From: Podarcis tiliguerta
Taxonomy: Eukaryota
Direction: 5' to 3' (one strand)
Length of the DNA: 64,000 nucleotides
Assembly: GCA_965153285.1 (NCBI GenBank)
Contig: OZ229112.1
In this document: piece by piece, positions 1 to 11,960 of the stretch
Numbering within the stretch: the first letter of the stretch is position 1
Layout of the letters: each line of letters opens with the position of its first letter
The notes under the pieces: model-generated
What the model was told of the DNA's origin: nothing
The model's database searches: none
Seen by the model: only the letters and a program-made list of their open reading frames with translations
Program-made: the position numbers and the translations under genes

Positions 1-19
1 GTACCTTTACCTTTACCTT
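1..19 (+). mobile_element. 3' tail of a Sauria SINE cut by the window edge
   Basis: gtacctttacctttacctt matches the ggggtacc(tttacc)n tail of the copies at 47772 and 23973. Confidence 0.6.
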
Positions 20-908
20 AATTCCCCTGAAATGAATTTGTGATGTTATTGTTTTAACTTTTTAATAAACTGTTTTAATTTTACAATTTTGTTTGTTTTA
101 TTGTGTGTGTTTTTTTAAAAAAAACAGGGGTGTTTTTAATGCCCTATAGGATTTGTTATTGTGTATTTTAACTACGCATCGATTTTATAGCTGTAACCTG
201 CAATTTAGAAACCATTCTGGCATATGAGTGATATATAAATATATAATCAACCGCCTAATTATTCTAAATGTGCTTCTGTCACCACAGGGAGAGGTTTCCA
301 GGGCTTCAAATTCAGCAAACCCCATTTGTTTTTGTTTTTGTTTTTTTAAAGTCTAGTGGTATTTTACATAAGGGTTTCAATTAAGTAATTCATCTTAAAC
401 CATCTGGCAAAAATGCAAGGTAAATTTAGAGGAGCAGAGGCAAAGAATGACTACAAATGTGGCTGCCTGGGCAATGATCGATCCAGTAAAGGAGACTTGA
501 TTCCAGATAGTAATAGACTGACCTGTTTGTTGACCTGACTTCGAAAAGAAACACCGCAAGAGTGTCAGATGCCTATGAAGCAGGCAGCAGTTGGCTATTC
601 CCATACTAAGCAGGAAACAGAAGAATAATCTGAAGGGCTCAGAACATTAAACTACGGAAGCAACAAATGATGAAAGTTATTGGTGAGAACTCAAAAGGAA
701 GACAGAGGATCATAACCTCTTAAAGAAAGGTGGTGATACCATGGAAGATTACCTGGTAGCAAATTAGGGAAGCTCGCAGCAAGCAACTCAGAGGTCTTGT
801 GACGGAGTAAAATGGAAGATAGCATTAGGGGATGGTGTGGAATCTCTGGATTGGGAGCCGTGATGGAGGGAGAAATAGAGAGAGGAAATTACTGTTGCCT
901 CTAGAGAA

Positions 909-1261
909 GGGACGCGGGTGGCACTGTGGGTTAAACCACAGAGCCTAGAACTTGCCGATCAGAAGGTCAGCGGTTCGAATCCCTGCAACGGGGTGAGCTC
1001 CCGTTGCTCTGTCCCAGCTTCTGCCCACCTAGCAGGTCGAAAGCACGTCAAAGTGCAAGTAGATAAATAGGCACCGCTCCGGCGGGAAGGTAAACAGCGT
1101 TTACGTGCGCTGCTCTGGTTCGTCTGAAGCGGCTTAGTCATGCTGGCCACATGATCCGGAAGCTGTACACCGGCTCCCTCGGCCAATAAAGCAAGATGAG
1201 CGCCGCAACCCCAGAGTTGGTCACGACTGGACCTAATGGTCAGGGGTCCCTTTACCTTTAC
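909..1261 (+). mobile_element. Sauria (Squam1) SINE, full length, subfamily A
   Basis: tRNA-like head GGGACGCGGGTGGCACTGTGG, B-box GGTTCGAATCC, (TTTACC)n tail, TSD ctagagaa at 901-908 and 1262-1269. Confidence 0.93.
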
Positions 1262-1437
1262 CTAGAGAAGAAGTGAATTCAAGAATTAGGTGCCACAAAC
1301 CAATAATCATTAAGCTTTAGGAAAACTAAGAGGGGTTCTTACAAGCCGATCATAGTGCTATTACTGGGCAGTGGAGGGTAAAGAAACTTTTCAGGTACCT
1401 TGGTCCAGAATTATTTGATGTTCTGTATGTGAAGAGC

Positions 1438-1779
1438 CAGACCCTCCTAGTGTCCCTGTTTTCCAGGGACATGCCTGATTTAGAGAAGCGGTTCCGATTT
1501 GATGCTAGAATGTCCCACTTTTCATTAGGGTGTCCCTATTTTCATTGGAGAAATGTTGGAGGGTATGAAGTTATCCAACCCTTGAGCTGTCGGAAGGCAA
1601 TCCTGTATAGTGAAGGGTTTTTTTAAAAAAACGTTTAATGTTTTATTATGTTTTTATATATGTTGGAAGCTGGCTAGAGCGCTGGGACAACCCAATAAGA
1701 TGTGGGGGGTAAAAATTGTAAAGTTATCATTATGGAATAGGACATCCCTATTTTCATCAGAGAAATGTTGCAGGGTATG
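1438..1779. mobile_element. Non-autonomous DNA element (CAKACCCTCC-type termini, probably hAT) with duplicated right end and an internal L2 tail
   Basis: Left end cagaccctcc; right end gaaatgttg(g/c)agggtatg present twice (ending 1567 and 1779); GGGACA-type subterminal motifs; no clean TSD. Confidence 0.55.
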
Positions 1780-2529
1780 GAGTGGCAGAACCTTAAAACT
1801 GGCTTGGTGGCTAATAGGCAGCCAGTACAGATTCTGTAACCCTGGCGCAATATGTACCCGACAAGCATCACCACCTACTACCCAGGCTGTGGCATTCTGC
1901 ACTGGGTGCAGCTTCCCAACTAGCTGCAAGGGAACCCCCACAAACAGCACATAACAAAAGTCCAGACATATATTCCTCCTGTTGCCAGCTGTGATCCAAT
2001 TCTCTCATCATCCACCCTGCCTCAGGCTCAAAAGACTGAGCCAACTTTAAGCCTGAAGGATTTGAGTTAATGGCAAATGTGTCATCTCCTGGCTCGCCTT
2101 TGGGCTACAGGTACAACTTTAATAGCTGGACTTGAATCATTTCAGTCTCCGTACAGAGTACACACAGGATTAATGAAACTCATTGCGATTGTTAGCATAA
2201 GAGGAAATGAAATTTCGGAAAGCCAGAGCCCCACAGCTGTGAATTATGGAAAAGGCACCTTAGTCAAACTGTGGTAAATATTCGTCAAATAATTGTTGCT
2301 GAAACAAGGTTTCCTTGAGCTCTAGTGAATTGTGGGAGAGGTTTCAGCTTCAAGCATAGGAAAACTATGCAGAAAGTGCTGTTTTAATCATTGTCCAGCT
2401 AATCACACCAAAGGAGGAGACCACTGAAATGTGCTCTTATTTAAAGCCTTCCAGAAAATCCAGGGGCTATTAGATATAAGTATTTTGATTTCAATGTTAG
2501 CTTCATCTTCTCATATACACTTCATAATA

Positions 2530-2779
2530 CAGTCATACCTTGGAAGTCGAACAGAATCCATTCCAGAAGTCTGTTTGACTTCCAAAACGTTCAGAAACCA
2601 AAGCACAGCTTCTGATTGGCTGCAGGAAGCTCCTGCAACCAATCAGAAGCCGCAGAAGCCCTGTTGGACGTTCGGGTTCCAAAGAATGTTTGCATACCAG
2701 AACACTCACTTCCAGGTTTGCGGCGTTCAGGAGCCAAAACATCCAAGTATCAAGGTGTTCAGGATCCAAGGTATGACTG
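2530..2779. mobile_element. Tc1/mariner Tigger-like MITE
   Basis: TIRs CAGTCATACCTTGG / CCAAGGTATGACTG with TA on both sides. Confidence 0.9.
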
Positions 2780-3287
2780 TACTCAAAGGATGGAATCCAA
2801 ACCGCAACCACCACCTACTCAGGTCAGATTATGGAGAGTTTAAAACTAAGCAGAAGCATCTCTTTGCTTGCTTTCCGCTCTGGGACCTGCCTGTGGGTGG
2901 GGGGCATTCCAAGAGCAGGGTGGGTCTGAGATAGTCCAAAATCTACTGGATCCCATCTGCTCTCATAGCCAACAGGTCAGCTATAAGAATTCTAGTCCAA
3001 TTCTATGACTGCAAAAAATGTACACTTCAAAGGGGCACAAAAATCACATTTTTTAAAAAAAAATCAAACATCCACAAAGGCAGAAACATAAAACAAATTA
3101 CGTAGAAATAATCAGCTACAGCCAAGAAAGCATGATCTAAATCACAGACAAGTTATCAAATCGTCTGAAATGAGCAAGGTTTCAATTTAAAACAATGCAG
3201 TTTAATGACCTATCATTATGTGCAGCATTATGTAAATTAAGAGAAAATCACAGCTGTTCTATTGGTTTTCATCGCATGTTTGAAAGA

Positions 3288-3290
<3 letters not shown>

Positions 3291-3333
<43 letters not shown>
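3291..3333. repeat. (CT)n(CA)n compound microsatellite
   Basis: Read directly from sequence. Confidence 0.95.
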
Positions 3334-3947
3334 TGCTCATTAATTCAGTAGTGAGACAAACACAAATGAGAATCAGAGCTGAGCTGAAACTTCTCCAACT
3401 TCTCCATTTAAATGAGAGGCTTGCTCAAGAAAAACACTCCACCTGGTACTTGAAAGCTAGATAACAAGCTACACTATGGCTTATGTGTTATTTTAAAAAA
3501 ACTACTTGCACAGAACATTCAGGCAGATCAATTCTCCCTGCCTCCACTCTGTTATTGTTATAGAACCATATCAAGCAGCCAATGAGATTTAGCTCAGCAC
3601 TGGGCTGAAGTATTCAGGGGTGAGGCAAAACCAGCCCCCAAAAATCACCATCATCTTTGAGATCTTGCTGAATTATCATGCTTCCCACAAAGCTGGGGAA
3701 GTTTACATCTATCAATGATGCAGTCCCTACTCAAAGGCTGTTGGTTTAATAAGCATGGCACAAAAGGAAAAAGGAATGTGGAGGGAAGAAGGAAGCAAGC
3801 ATTGGGTCAGCTACTTCACTGGCTGATATGAATGGGTCCAAGTTGGTCTCTCCCTGGTCATGATGATCTTCCTGGACTGCATGGGATGCAGCCTAGCAGT
3901 GGCATTAAAAAGTAATCAAAACAAGCACTGCTAAAATACACTCAGGT

Positions 3948-4244
3948 CATACCTTCCAACACTTTTAAATCCAGGGCGCTATCTTCCCGGACACCATCTT
4001 CTCGTTATTTATCCCAAGAGCATGGCGGCCATTTTGACTGCTGTGATCCTGTATGTTTTCACATTGTGATTCGGGTACAGCAGCCAAAAACATGTGTTTT
4101 GGGGCATTACGTGAGATCACAGCCCTGAAAAAAGCACTATTTCCAGGGGAGGAATCACGAGAGGTCACGGCAACCAAAATGGCCGCCGTTCTCTTGCGAT
4201 AAAAATGGGATGTCCTGGTTTTTCTGGGACATTTGCGGAGTATG
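3948..4244. mobile_element. Non-autonomous DNA element with CATAC termini (hAT-like)
   Basis: catacct..caac / ttgcggagtatg ends; internal inverted ggcggccatttt / aaaatggccgcc; GGGAC motifs. Confidence 0.55.
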
Positions 4245-5341
4245 TGAGGTGAGTTTTAAAAGCAAACAAAACAAATCTTGAATATACTTTGAACCTTGCT
4301 GTGATTTCTGTGTGCCCCTGATCTGCCTTCTGAGACCTGAACTGGTGCCAGGATCATCACACCTGCTGCTGAGAAAGAATGGTCTACCAGGCCAATGATT
4401 ACTGGCAAGTGTTTACAGGAGGATTGTCTCCCTTTAAATTATGTAGCTTGGCTCAGTTGTTTAGCCATCTGAATTGCATTAGTGAGCTGCTGCTTGCCCA
4501 GTTCAGGCTAAGAAAGTACCCTCCCCACCTTTTGTTAAATGAGCAAGGAGGGGGAAGGCATTTCAAGAAAGCCCTTCAAGGGCTGTTTGCTGTTAACGGC
4601 ATTAAAACCTTATTAGTTCAGTTTTGTCATTTGTTGATTGATAAAGAAATGAGGTAGAAGCCTAATTTGGATAATGCTGCATTCATCTGGCAAGAATCCC
4701 AGACTTGCAGGTGCTCAGCTTCAAGCGTACTTCCTTCCATCTTCCATTAAACATTTCCCTTGTTCTAAACTTACAGCAAATTTACAATATGCTACGGCTG
4801 ATTAAAAATGCCGGACTGCCGGACTATTGCGATCATCTATTAAGGAAAATCAATTTGGGCGCATACAGCCCACTCCAAGTATGTTTAAGCCACCCTGGTT
4901 TCGGTGGAAAAGAGAAGCCTGCGTAACCCTCTGTCACTGGAATCAACTGAACTTAAAAGAGTCAAGACTATACAGTGGGACTTATCTTTCCTTTCATCTC
5001 ACCTTACTGCAGATTTAGCATTTCAGTTTGCGGCAAACACACTTGTAGAGAAGAAAATGGAAAGCATTAAATAAAAAAAGAAAAGCCAAAGGCCAAAATA
5101 ATTCACACACACACACACACAAATCCTAACCCACAATATGTGCTGCTGGGAGAGTATTAGCAGTGCTTCTTTTCTGGGGGGACCCAGGGGTATGCATACC
5201 CCAAAACATTTTTAAAGAAAAAAAGCACTGAGTATTAGGATGCTGCAGACGCAGATGGTCAGGATAGAAGCATCCCCACTGGCAATGTAAAAATGCATAG
5301 TTTTGTGACAGTGAAGGGTTGACCATAGATATATTGGATGC

Positions 5342-5501
5342 TAAATCACAGAATCGTAGATTTCGAAAGAACCTTGAGGGTCATCTAGTCCAAGCTTCGG
5401 CAAGGAAGGAATCCTGCCGACAGTCATCTGTACGTGGGCTCAAACCACCAACTTTCTGGTTAACAGCTAGACACATTGACCCATTGCACCGCTGGAGGCC
5501 C
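5342..5501 (-). mobile_element. tRNA-Asn-derived SINE with CR1-type 3' tail
   Basis: Reverse complement reads gctGTTaaccagaaagttggtggtttgagcccac (tRNA-Asn-like), then ttggactagatgaccctcaagg...attctgtgatt (CR1-type end). Confidence 0.7.
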
Positions 5502-5512
5502 ATCTTTTAGAG

Positions 5513-5648
5513 CAAGCTTCCTCAAACTCGGCTCTCCAGATGTTTTGAGACTACAATTCCCATCATCCCTGACCACTGGTCCTGCTAGCTAGGGATCATG
5601 GGAGTTGTAGGCCAAAAAGATCTGGAGGGCCAAGTTTGGGGAAGCCTG
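5513..5648. mobile_element. hAT MITE (136 bp, almost fully palindromic)
   Basis: 8-bp TSD ttttagag on both sides; TIRs CAAGCTTCCTCAAACT / AGTTTGGGGAAGCCTG. Confidence 0.92.
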
Positions 5649-5722
5649 TTTTAGAGAGAGGCACCCAACCTGGACTTCTCTGTTGTGTCGTCACCTTCTC
5701 CCCTGGCTGGGATAGGTATTTA

Positions 5723-6327
5723 CTGTATTTTTCGCCCTATAGGATGCACTTTTTCCCCTACAAAAATGAATGGGAAATGTGTGTGCGTCCTATGGGGCGA
5801 ATGCAACTTTCGCTGAAGCCTGGAGTGCGCACCGACCCCTCTCGCTCTCCAGGCTTCAGGAAGCTAACCGCAAGCCTTGCAAGCCCGGTGGGAGTTCCTG
5901 CGGGCTCGCAAGGCTTGCAGCCCACAAGCTCGGGGGACAGCGGGGAGGCGCAGCGCGTCTTCCCGCTGTTCCCTGACCTGGTTTGGAGGCTGGGGCTGGG
6001 GAGAAGTGCCCTTCTCCCCAGCGCCAGCCCCACAAGCTCGGGGGACAGCGGGGAGGTGCAGCGCTGCCATCCCGCTGTTCCCCAACCTGGTTTGGAGGCT
6101 GCCAGCCCCACAAGCTCAGGGGACAGATATCCGCAAACCTGGGGAGATATCCGCAAACCTGCAGATATCTGCAAACCTCCCTAGGCTTAGGGATAGCAGC
6201 CTGTTCTGGAGGCTGGGGTCGGGGGAAGCTCGGGCATCCCCAGCCCCGCGCCTGGGGGGGAAATAAATTTTTTCCCTTTATTTCCCCCCAAAAAAACTAG
6301 GTGCGTCCTATAGGGCGAAAAATACGG
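5723..6327. mobile_element. TcMar-Tc2-type non-autonomous element with GC-rich tandemly repeated interior
   Basis: TIR C(T/C)GTATTTTTCGCCCTATAGGA at both ends, TA TSD; interior unit cagccccacaagctcgggggacag repeated three times. Confidence 0.88.
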
Positions 6328-6563
6328 TAATATTATTATGATTTATTAAATTTCTATACCAACCTTCGTCCAAGGATCACAGGGTGGTTTACAATGTAAC
6401 ACAAAAAAATACATAACATAAATACAAACAAAGCAATATCCTGCCACACACAAAGTTTAAAAGGCCATATATTGTTTAATTAGCCAAAGTAGCAAGGGTT
6501 TGGAAGAAGCTGTGTCTCCATCAATCTGCTTCCCAACAGAAAGTTAGGATTTTCCCCAAACCA

Positions 6564-6725
6564 AGAGTATCTGCTTGCATGCAGGTTCAATCCCTGCTAT
6601 CTCCTTGTAGGTCTGGGAGAGACTTCTGTCTGAAACCCTGTAGAAGCACTGCCATCCAGTGTAAACAAAACTGATCTAGAGGGACTAATGGTTTGACTTG
6701 GTTTAAGACAGCTTTCCATGGTCCT
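6564..6725 (+). mobile_element. Degenerate tRNA-Ala-headed SINE (Squam2-like)
   Basis: ctgcttgcatgcag..ggttcaatccctg..ctgaaaccctg..gactaatggt..cagctttccatggtcct; same family as 48483, 53143 and 59150. Confidence 0.65.
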
Positions 6726-6818
6726 AAATGGCCAAATAAATCAAAAGACGTGTCTAGCACAATCTTATGCAGTCTGCTCATTGAATTCAATAAGGCTTAC
6801 TTCCAGTTTTAGTGGGTA

Positions 6819-7060
6819 CAGTGGTACCTCAGGTTACGTATGCTTCAGGTTACAGACGCTTCAGGTTACAGACTCCACTAACCCAGAAATAGTGCTTCTG
6901 GTTAAGAACTTTGCTTCAGGATGAGAACAGAAATCATGTGCCGGCGGCGCGATGGCAGCAGGAGGCCCCATTAGCTAAAGTGGTACCTCAGGTTAAGAAC
7001 GGTTTCAGATTAAGAACGGACATCTGGAACGAATTAAGTTCCTAACCAGAGGTACCACTG
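6819..7060 (+). mobile_element. Tigger-like MITE (CAGTGGTACCTC family)
   Basis: TIRs CAGTGGTACCTC / GAGGTACCACTG, TA TSD; five copies in the window. Confidence 0.93.
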
Positions 7061-7249
7061 TATAGGATTGTAGCCTTACTCAGATATGAATGATGATTAG
7101 GCAAATTATGTAATCTGGGCAACCTAGCAAGGAATATTTTAAGCCCCCAATTTATCTAAAGTTAGCCATCACAACTAGCTGTTCAATCCTGATTTGTTTG
7201 TTTGTTTTAAATTTAAAACAATATAAAATATAAAAAGTGGTTTCAGTTT

Positions 7250-7377
7250 NNNNNNNNNNNNNNNNNNNNNNNNNNNNNNNNNNNNNNNNNNNNNNNNNNN
7301 NNNNNNNNNNNNNNNNNNNNNNNNNNNNNNNNNNNNNNNNNNNNNNNNNNNNNNNNNNNNNNNNNNNNNNNNNNNNN
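7250..7377. other. Assembly gap (128 N)
   Basis: Run of N. Confidence 1.
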
Positions 7378-9427
7378 AACAATTGTTAAGTTAACCATTA
7401 CAATTTTAAACCTGTAGTTTGTATAAATGAGTTCCAATTTTCATTTAACTTATCCATGCAAAGTCTACATTTATAAGCAATCAGCTCATAGGTAGCAAGT
7501 GTAGTTAGGTCTTCAATCAAACAGTGGAATCCTATGCAGATCTTTTCAGAAGGAAGTCACATTGACTCCACACTTGTTACATTGCTTTCAGCATGCCTTA
7601 TTCATGAAAAGTACCAGTTGCACCAGGACCGAGGCAAGAACAGAAACTGAGTCAAAGGAACACGATACGTATCCCAAATGCTTTTCAGGATCCACGCAAG
7701 CAGACTGATAATGCATTTGATGGAATTTAACTGTTCTGGTTTTGATATCATGTAAAGGTGTTGATAACATTTCTTCATCTTCTCAGACTTTAACTTCAGA
7801 GACGTTTTAAACCACTAAGCTGAAACCACAGCTGTAAACCAGATGTCACTGAGTGGTGGGGGGAGGGACTTGCAACCACAGTAATTCACACATTGCTACC
7901 ATGTTATAGGCCACCAAAATGTTCAATGCAAATTCTCATTTTTTAAAACCGCTCAAAGCAGAAAACCTCCCAATAGCTGGCATTGTATTAGGAGTGACAA
8001 CAGCATGCCAGTGTAAAGGCAAGGTTAGGGATTCTCCAGGAATTTCAAGCTGAGCTACACATTACACTTGCCACATAGAGAGAGCAGCACTCTGGTTTTA
8101 CCTGTTGACATTTTAAATGCTCTTTGCCAACAGGCAAAGAAAGCTGGAGGTGATTAAAACCCCCCACATGGAGAGAGATACAGAAATAAGGGGACATTGT
8201 TTAGCTCCTCTTATCCCTCTTTTCCATGTGCCTCCTCCATCCCATTTGCCGAGGAAAATTAGCTGATAAGAAGAGAGATAACCAAAGATGAATAGCAGAC
8301 AGAGAAAGCCGGGCAGTAGCTCTGCTTTCCCTGTTATCTCCTCCAGATTTTGTTGCCTTTTGGCAAAGACCCTCAAGAGGCAGAGCCAAGCTGCTCCTGA
8401 GCATGACGTGCTTCTTCCCTGGAGTCCACAGAGGTTGACATAATCAACAGAGGTTGACATAATCAACACAACTCTTCCAGATGTGTGTGTGTGGCATTTT
8501 ATTGAACTGTGCAATGCACAGCATTGCTCTTTGGCTAGCTGTTGACCAGTTAGCCCAGGCTTTCTTTGCTTTTGGGCAATTGCCTTCACCGCTGGCTGGA
8601 CTGATACGCTTCAGAAGTAAATCAGTGACCGAGTGTCCGTATCCTGAAAGCAGCACTGCACCAATCATCTGATCAGAAGTTTGGGGAATGACACCCTGGA
8701 TTGGATCAGGCTGCCTCTCTTGCTCAGTGCTGGAGACCACCGTACTCTCATGAGGAGTAGCACTAGCCCAATACCAATCTGTTGGGGCAGAATACTATAG
8801 GCACTTAGATAGAGGGCTCATCCACACTTCCGCTTGTCCTGTGAGCAGTTTCCAATTGCCTGGGTCCGAGCAGTTTTGCGTTTGTCTTGCCGCTTTCCCC
8901 TGGAAAACACACTTTACTGCTGAATAAGAACAAGCAGCAATACACAGAAAAACAGATTGCTGTTTGGACCAATTTGGCAGTAAACCACAGGTTTGCCCAG
9001 GGGGAAGTGGGAGAGAAAACAGAGGTGTGGACCAGCCCAGAATCTGGGTTCTCCTGTGCCTATCACTACCACACAAACACAATCAGTGTCATAGCGTGGG
9101 TTGCCAGTGCCCAGAGCAACACGGAAGGGGTGAAGTGGGTGGGAGAGAAACGGACAGGGTACACACACGCATTCAGCTGCCTTATGGCATCTGTGTCACC
9201 ATGCAGCTGCGGAGATAAGCAAAGATGAGTCATGCTGTTGTCTGGAGACGTCACTTGCTGGTTTGCTTGGAGAAGTCATTTTCAACAGAGCCTAGCACCA
9301 GAAGTGTGCAGTTGTATTGAGGCAGCACCGGGTGCTGAAATTTTGCGCCCTTTACAATTTTGTGCCCAGGGCAACTGCCCCTGTGGCCCCTCCCACGCTA
9401 CGCCATTGCCCCATATACGTGCAGTGT

Positions 9428-9930
9428 AATAATAATAAAAATAAATTTTTATTTATACCCCGCCCTTCCCGGTTCAGAAAACCGGGCTCAGGTTGGCTAA
9501 CAACAAATTTAAAACACTTAATTGTGCTACAACCAAAAACAGCATAAAATAACAGTATAAAAGCATGAATAACAATAAGTTCAAAGTTCAAAAATCAATT
9601 TAGGGGGAATCCATCCAATAAACATTAGATGGTCACCAAGGTTAGCTGGCTAAATTAGTCCTGTTTGGGCCAGCAAGGAGGCCAAGGGAGAATTAGCTGT
9701 GGGATTCCAGAGTGGGTAATATTCATAAAAAGGGGAGGGGGAGGGAAGGAAGGAAGGGGAATAAAAGACCAGGCTAAATTCAAATTGAAAGGCAGGCGGA
9801 ATAGGTCTGTCTTACAGGCCCTGCAGAAGGAGGTTAAATCCTGCAGGGCCCTGGTCTCATGGGACACAGCATTCCACGAGGTAGGAGCTATCACTGAGAA
9901 GGCCTTGGCCTTGGTGGAGGATAATCACCT
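9428..9930 (-). mobile_element. L2 LINE 3' end (ORF2 C-terminus, 3' UTR and tail)
   Basis: ORF 9655-9894 (APTSWNAVSHETRALQDLTSFCRACKTDLFRL) resembles the L2 ORF2 C-terminal AP.LWN.LP...F...LKT.LF motif; gggcggggtataaataaa tail on the minus strand. Confidence 0.8.
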
Positions 9931-10217
9931 GTAGGCCTTTTACTCAGTGTGTCAAACCTGTAGTCACAATTGAGACTCTTTCGGAGGTATGCTTGGGGCT
10001 CTATGCCTTCATTGAATACACAAAGACCACAGGATGAAATGCAGTGGCCAGCTTGACCCAACCTTCCACCGTCCCCAGCACTGTATGTGCATTCTGAAGC
10101 ACAAGTGCAAGGTGCTATTTATGCAAAAGCATTTCTCCACATGATCAGGGACCACAGACATGTCCCAGAACATCTGTCGGGGGAGTGGAGACTCCTTTGG
10201 CATCATCATCCTCTTGT

Positions 10218-10713
10218 GTTGTTGTTTAGTCGTTTAGTCTTGTCCAACTCTTCGTGACCCCATGGACCAGAGCACGCCAGGCACTCCTGTCTTCCACTGC
10301 CTCCCACAGTTTGGTCAAACTCATGCTGGTAGCTTTGAGAACACTGTCCAACCATTTTGTCCTCTGTCGTCCCCTTCTCCTTGTGCCCTCAATCTTTCCC
10401 AACATCAGGGTCTTTTCCAGGGAGTCTTCTCTTCTCATGAGGTGGCCAAAGTATTGGAGTCTCAGCTTCAGGATGTGTCCTTCCAGTGAGCACTCAGGGC
10501 TGATTTCCTTTAGAATGGCTAGGTTTGATCTTCTTGCAGTCCATGGGACTCTCAAGAGTCTCCTTCAGCACCATAATTCAAAAGCATCAATTCTTCAGCG
10601 ATCAGCCTTCTTTATGGTCCAGCTCTCACTTCCATACATCACTACTGGGAAAACCATAGCTTTAACTATGCAGACCTTTGTTGGCAAGATGATGTCTCTG
10701 CTTTTTAAGATGC
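10218..10713 (-). mobile_element. BovB (RTE clade) LINE, 5'-truncated
   Basis: Translation RVPWTARRSN..LKEISPECSLEG..LQYFGHLMRREDSLEKTLMLGKIEG.RRRGRQR..WLD; (CAA)n tail; TSD tcctcttgt. Confidence 0.95.
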
Positions 10714-11261
10714 TCCTCTTGTACCTACACATATTCATTGAGAACTGGAGCCATCTGAAGGGGGCTTTGGCAGAATGGAACTCTGAGATACAGTTTCAGT
10801 GCGCAGGGGGAAAGCAATGACCTAATAGATGGGAGCTGTTGCTGCTTTGCATTGTATGGAGGATGGACAGCCTGGCTGTCACATAATGAAGCCTACTTCC
10901 AGCTTTATGTAGAAGGAAAAACCTAGCAAATTGTTCTTACCACAGTTTCAAATGTAATCTCAGAACAGCTGATGTAACAATGCTCTCGACATTATTACCT
11001 TCTTTCAGGTTTGTTAAATGTTTCATGCCGTGAGGAATGGTGGTGGATGCCGTGGAATTTTAACAAACCATCAGTCATGCTGCAATTTTAAAATACTACT
11101 TAGCAACCAAGTTCAATAGTTTAGTTAGAAATCGCCAGTGCTGCTCATTCCTTCTTGAACGAACAAAGGCTGGGGAGAGTTGATAGCTTTTATCAGAATT
11201 GTAGAGAGCCTGAACATATAGGAAGCTGCCTTCTACTGGCAAGGGGCAAATCAGTCTATTT

Positions 11262-11580
11262 CCAATTGAACCAATTTTGCAGGTGTTCATTCCTAACTCT
11301 GTCCCAATTTCATTCCTGCATTTGTCTGTGATATAAAAAAAATAAACTGCAAAAAATGTACTTTAAAATGTATTTTATGACAATGCACACATTTATAAAT
11401 ATACTTGTCCTACAATATGCAGGTTTGTATGCATTTTTGGAAAGTTTTTTAGTCAAGAACTATATTGCACCATTAGAGGAGCTGCAAAATTGATAGGATA
11501 ATTATGTTCCAATCCATGAATTAATCCAGGAGGTGCAAATTAGGTTGGATCCATCAAAGATGCAGATCAAACAAAATATA
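11262..11580 (-). mobile_element. Old unclassified AT-rich interspersed repeat (family X), partial
   Basis: Antisense similarity to copies at 15875, 41428 and 50010. Confidence 0.5.
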
Positions 11581-11591
11581 CTGGGCAAAAG

Positions 11592-11796
11592 ATTCCCACA
11601 TTGGACTAGATCAGGCTTCCTCAACCTCAGCCCTCCAGATGTTTTGAGACTACAGTTCCCATCATCCCTGACCACTGAGTCTTGCTAGCTAGGGATCATG
11701 GGAGTTGTAGGCGAAAAACATCTGGAGGGCCAAGGTTGAGCAAGCCTGGACTAGATGCCCCTTACGGTCTCTTCCAACTCAACAATTCTATGATTC
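11592..11796 (+). mobile_element. CR1 3' end interrupted by a hAT MITE
   Basis: ttggactagat|...|gccccttacggtctcttccaactcaacaattctatgattc. Confidence 0.7.
11612..11748. mobile_element. hAT MITE (same family as 5513)
   Basis: 8-bp TSD gactagat; TIRs CAGGCTTCCTCAACCT / AGGTTGAGCAAGCCTG. Confidence 0.92.
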
Positions 11797-11831
11797 CCTT
11801 GTATCAGAGCAGAGATTTTGCCCATCAAGCC

Positions 11832-11960
11832 AAGGGATGTGTAACCTGTGGCTCTCCAGATTCCAACTTCCGTCAGCCCCAGCAAGCATGGGCAATGGCC
11901 AGGATTGATGGGAGCTGTGGCCCAACAACATCTGAAGCACCAAAGGTTAACCATCTCTGA
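11832..11960. mobile_element. Older palindromic hAT-like MITE related to the 136-bp family
   Basis: ctctccagat...ccc..gatgggagctgt..aacatctg layout. Confidence 0.55.

Noticed and set aside
540-900. Purine-rich stretch resembling decayed retroelement coding sequence
   Set aside because: No diagnostic motif or terminus could be identified.
5636-6300. Stack of long overlapping ORFs (up to 182 aa)
   Set aside because: They lie in the GC-rich tandem interior of a TIR-bounded MITE; stop codons are scarce for compositional reasons and no domain is recognisable.
7592-7708. Possible terminal exon after ttgctttcag
   Set aside because: No recognisable peptide in any frame and no partner exons.
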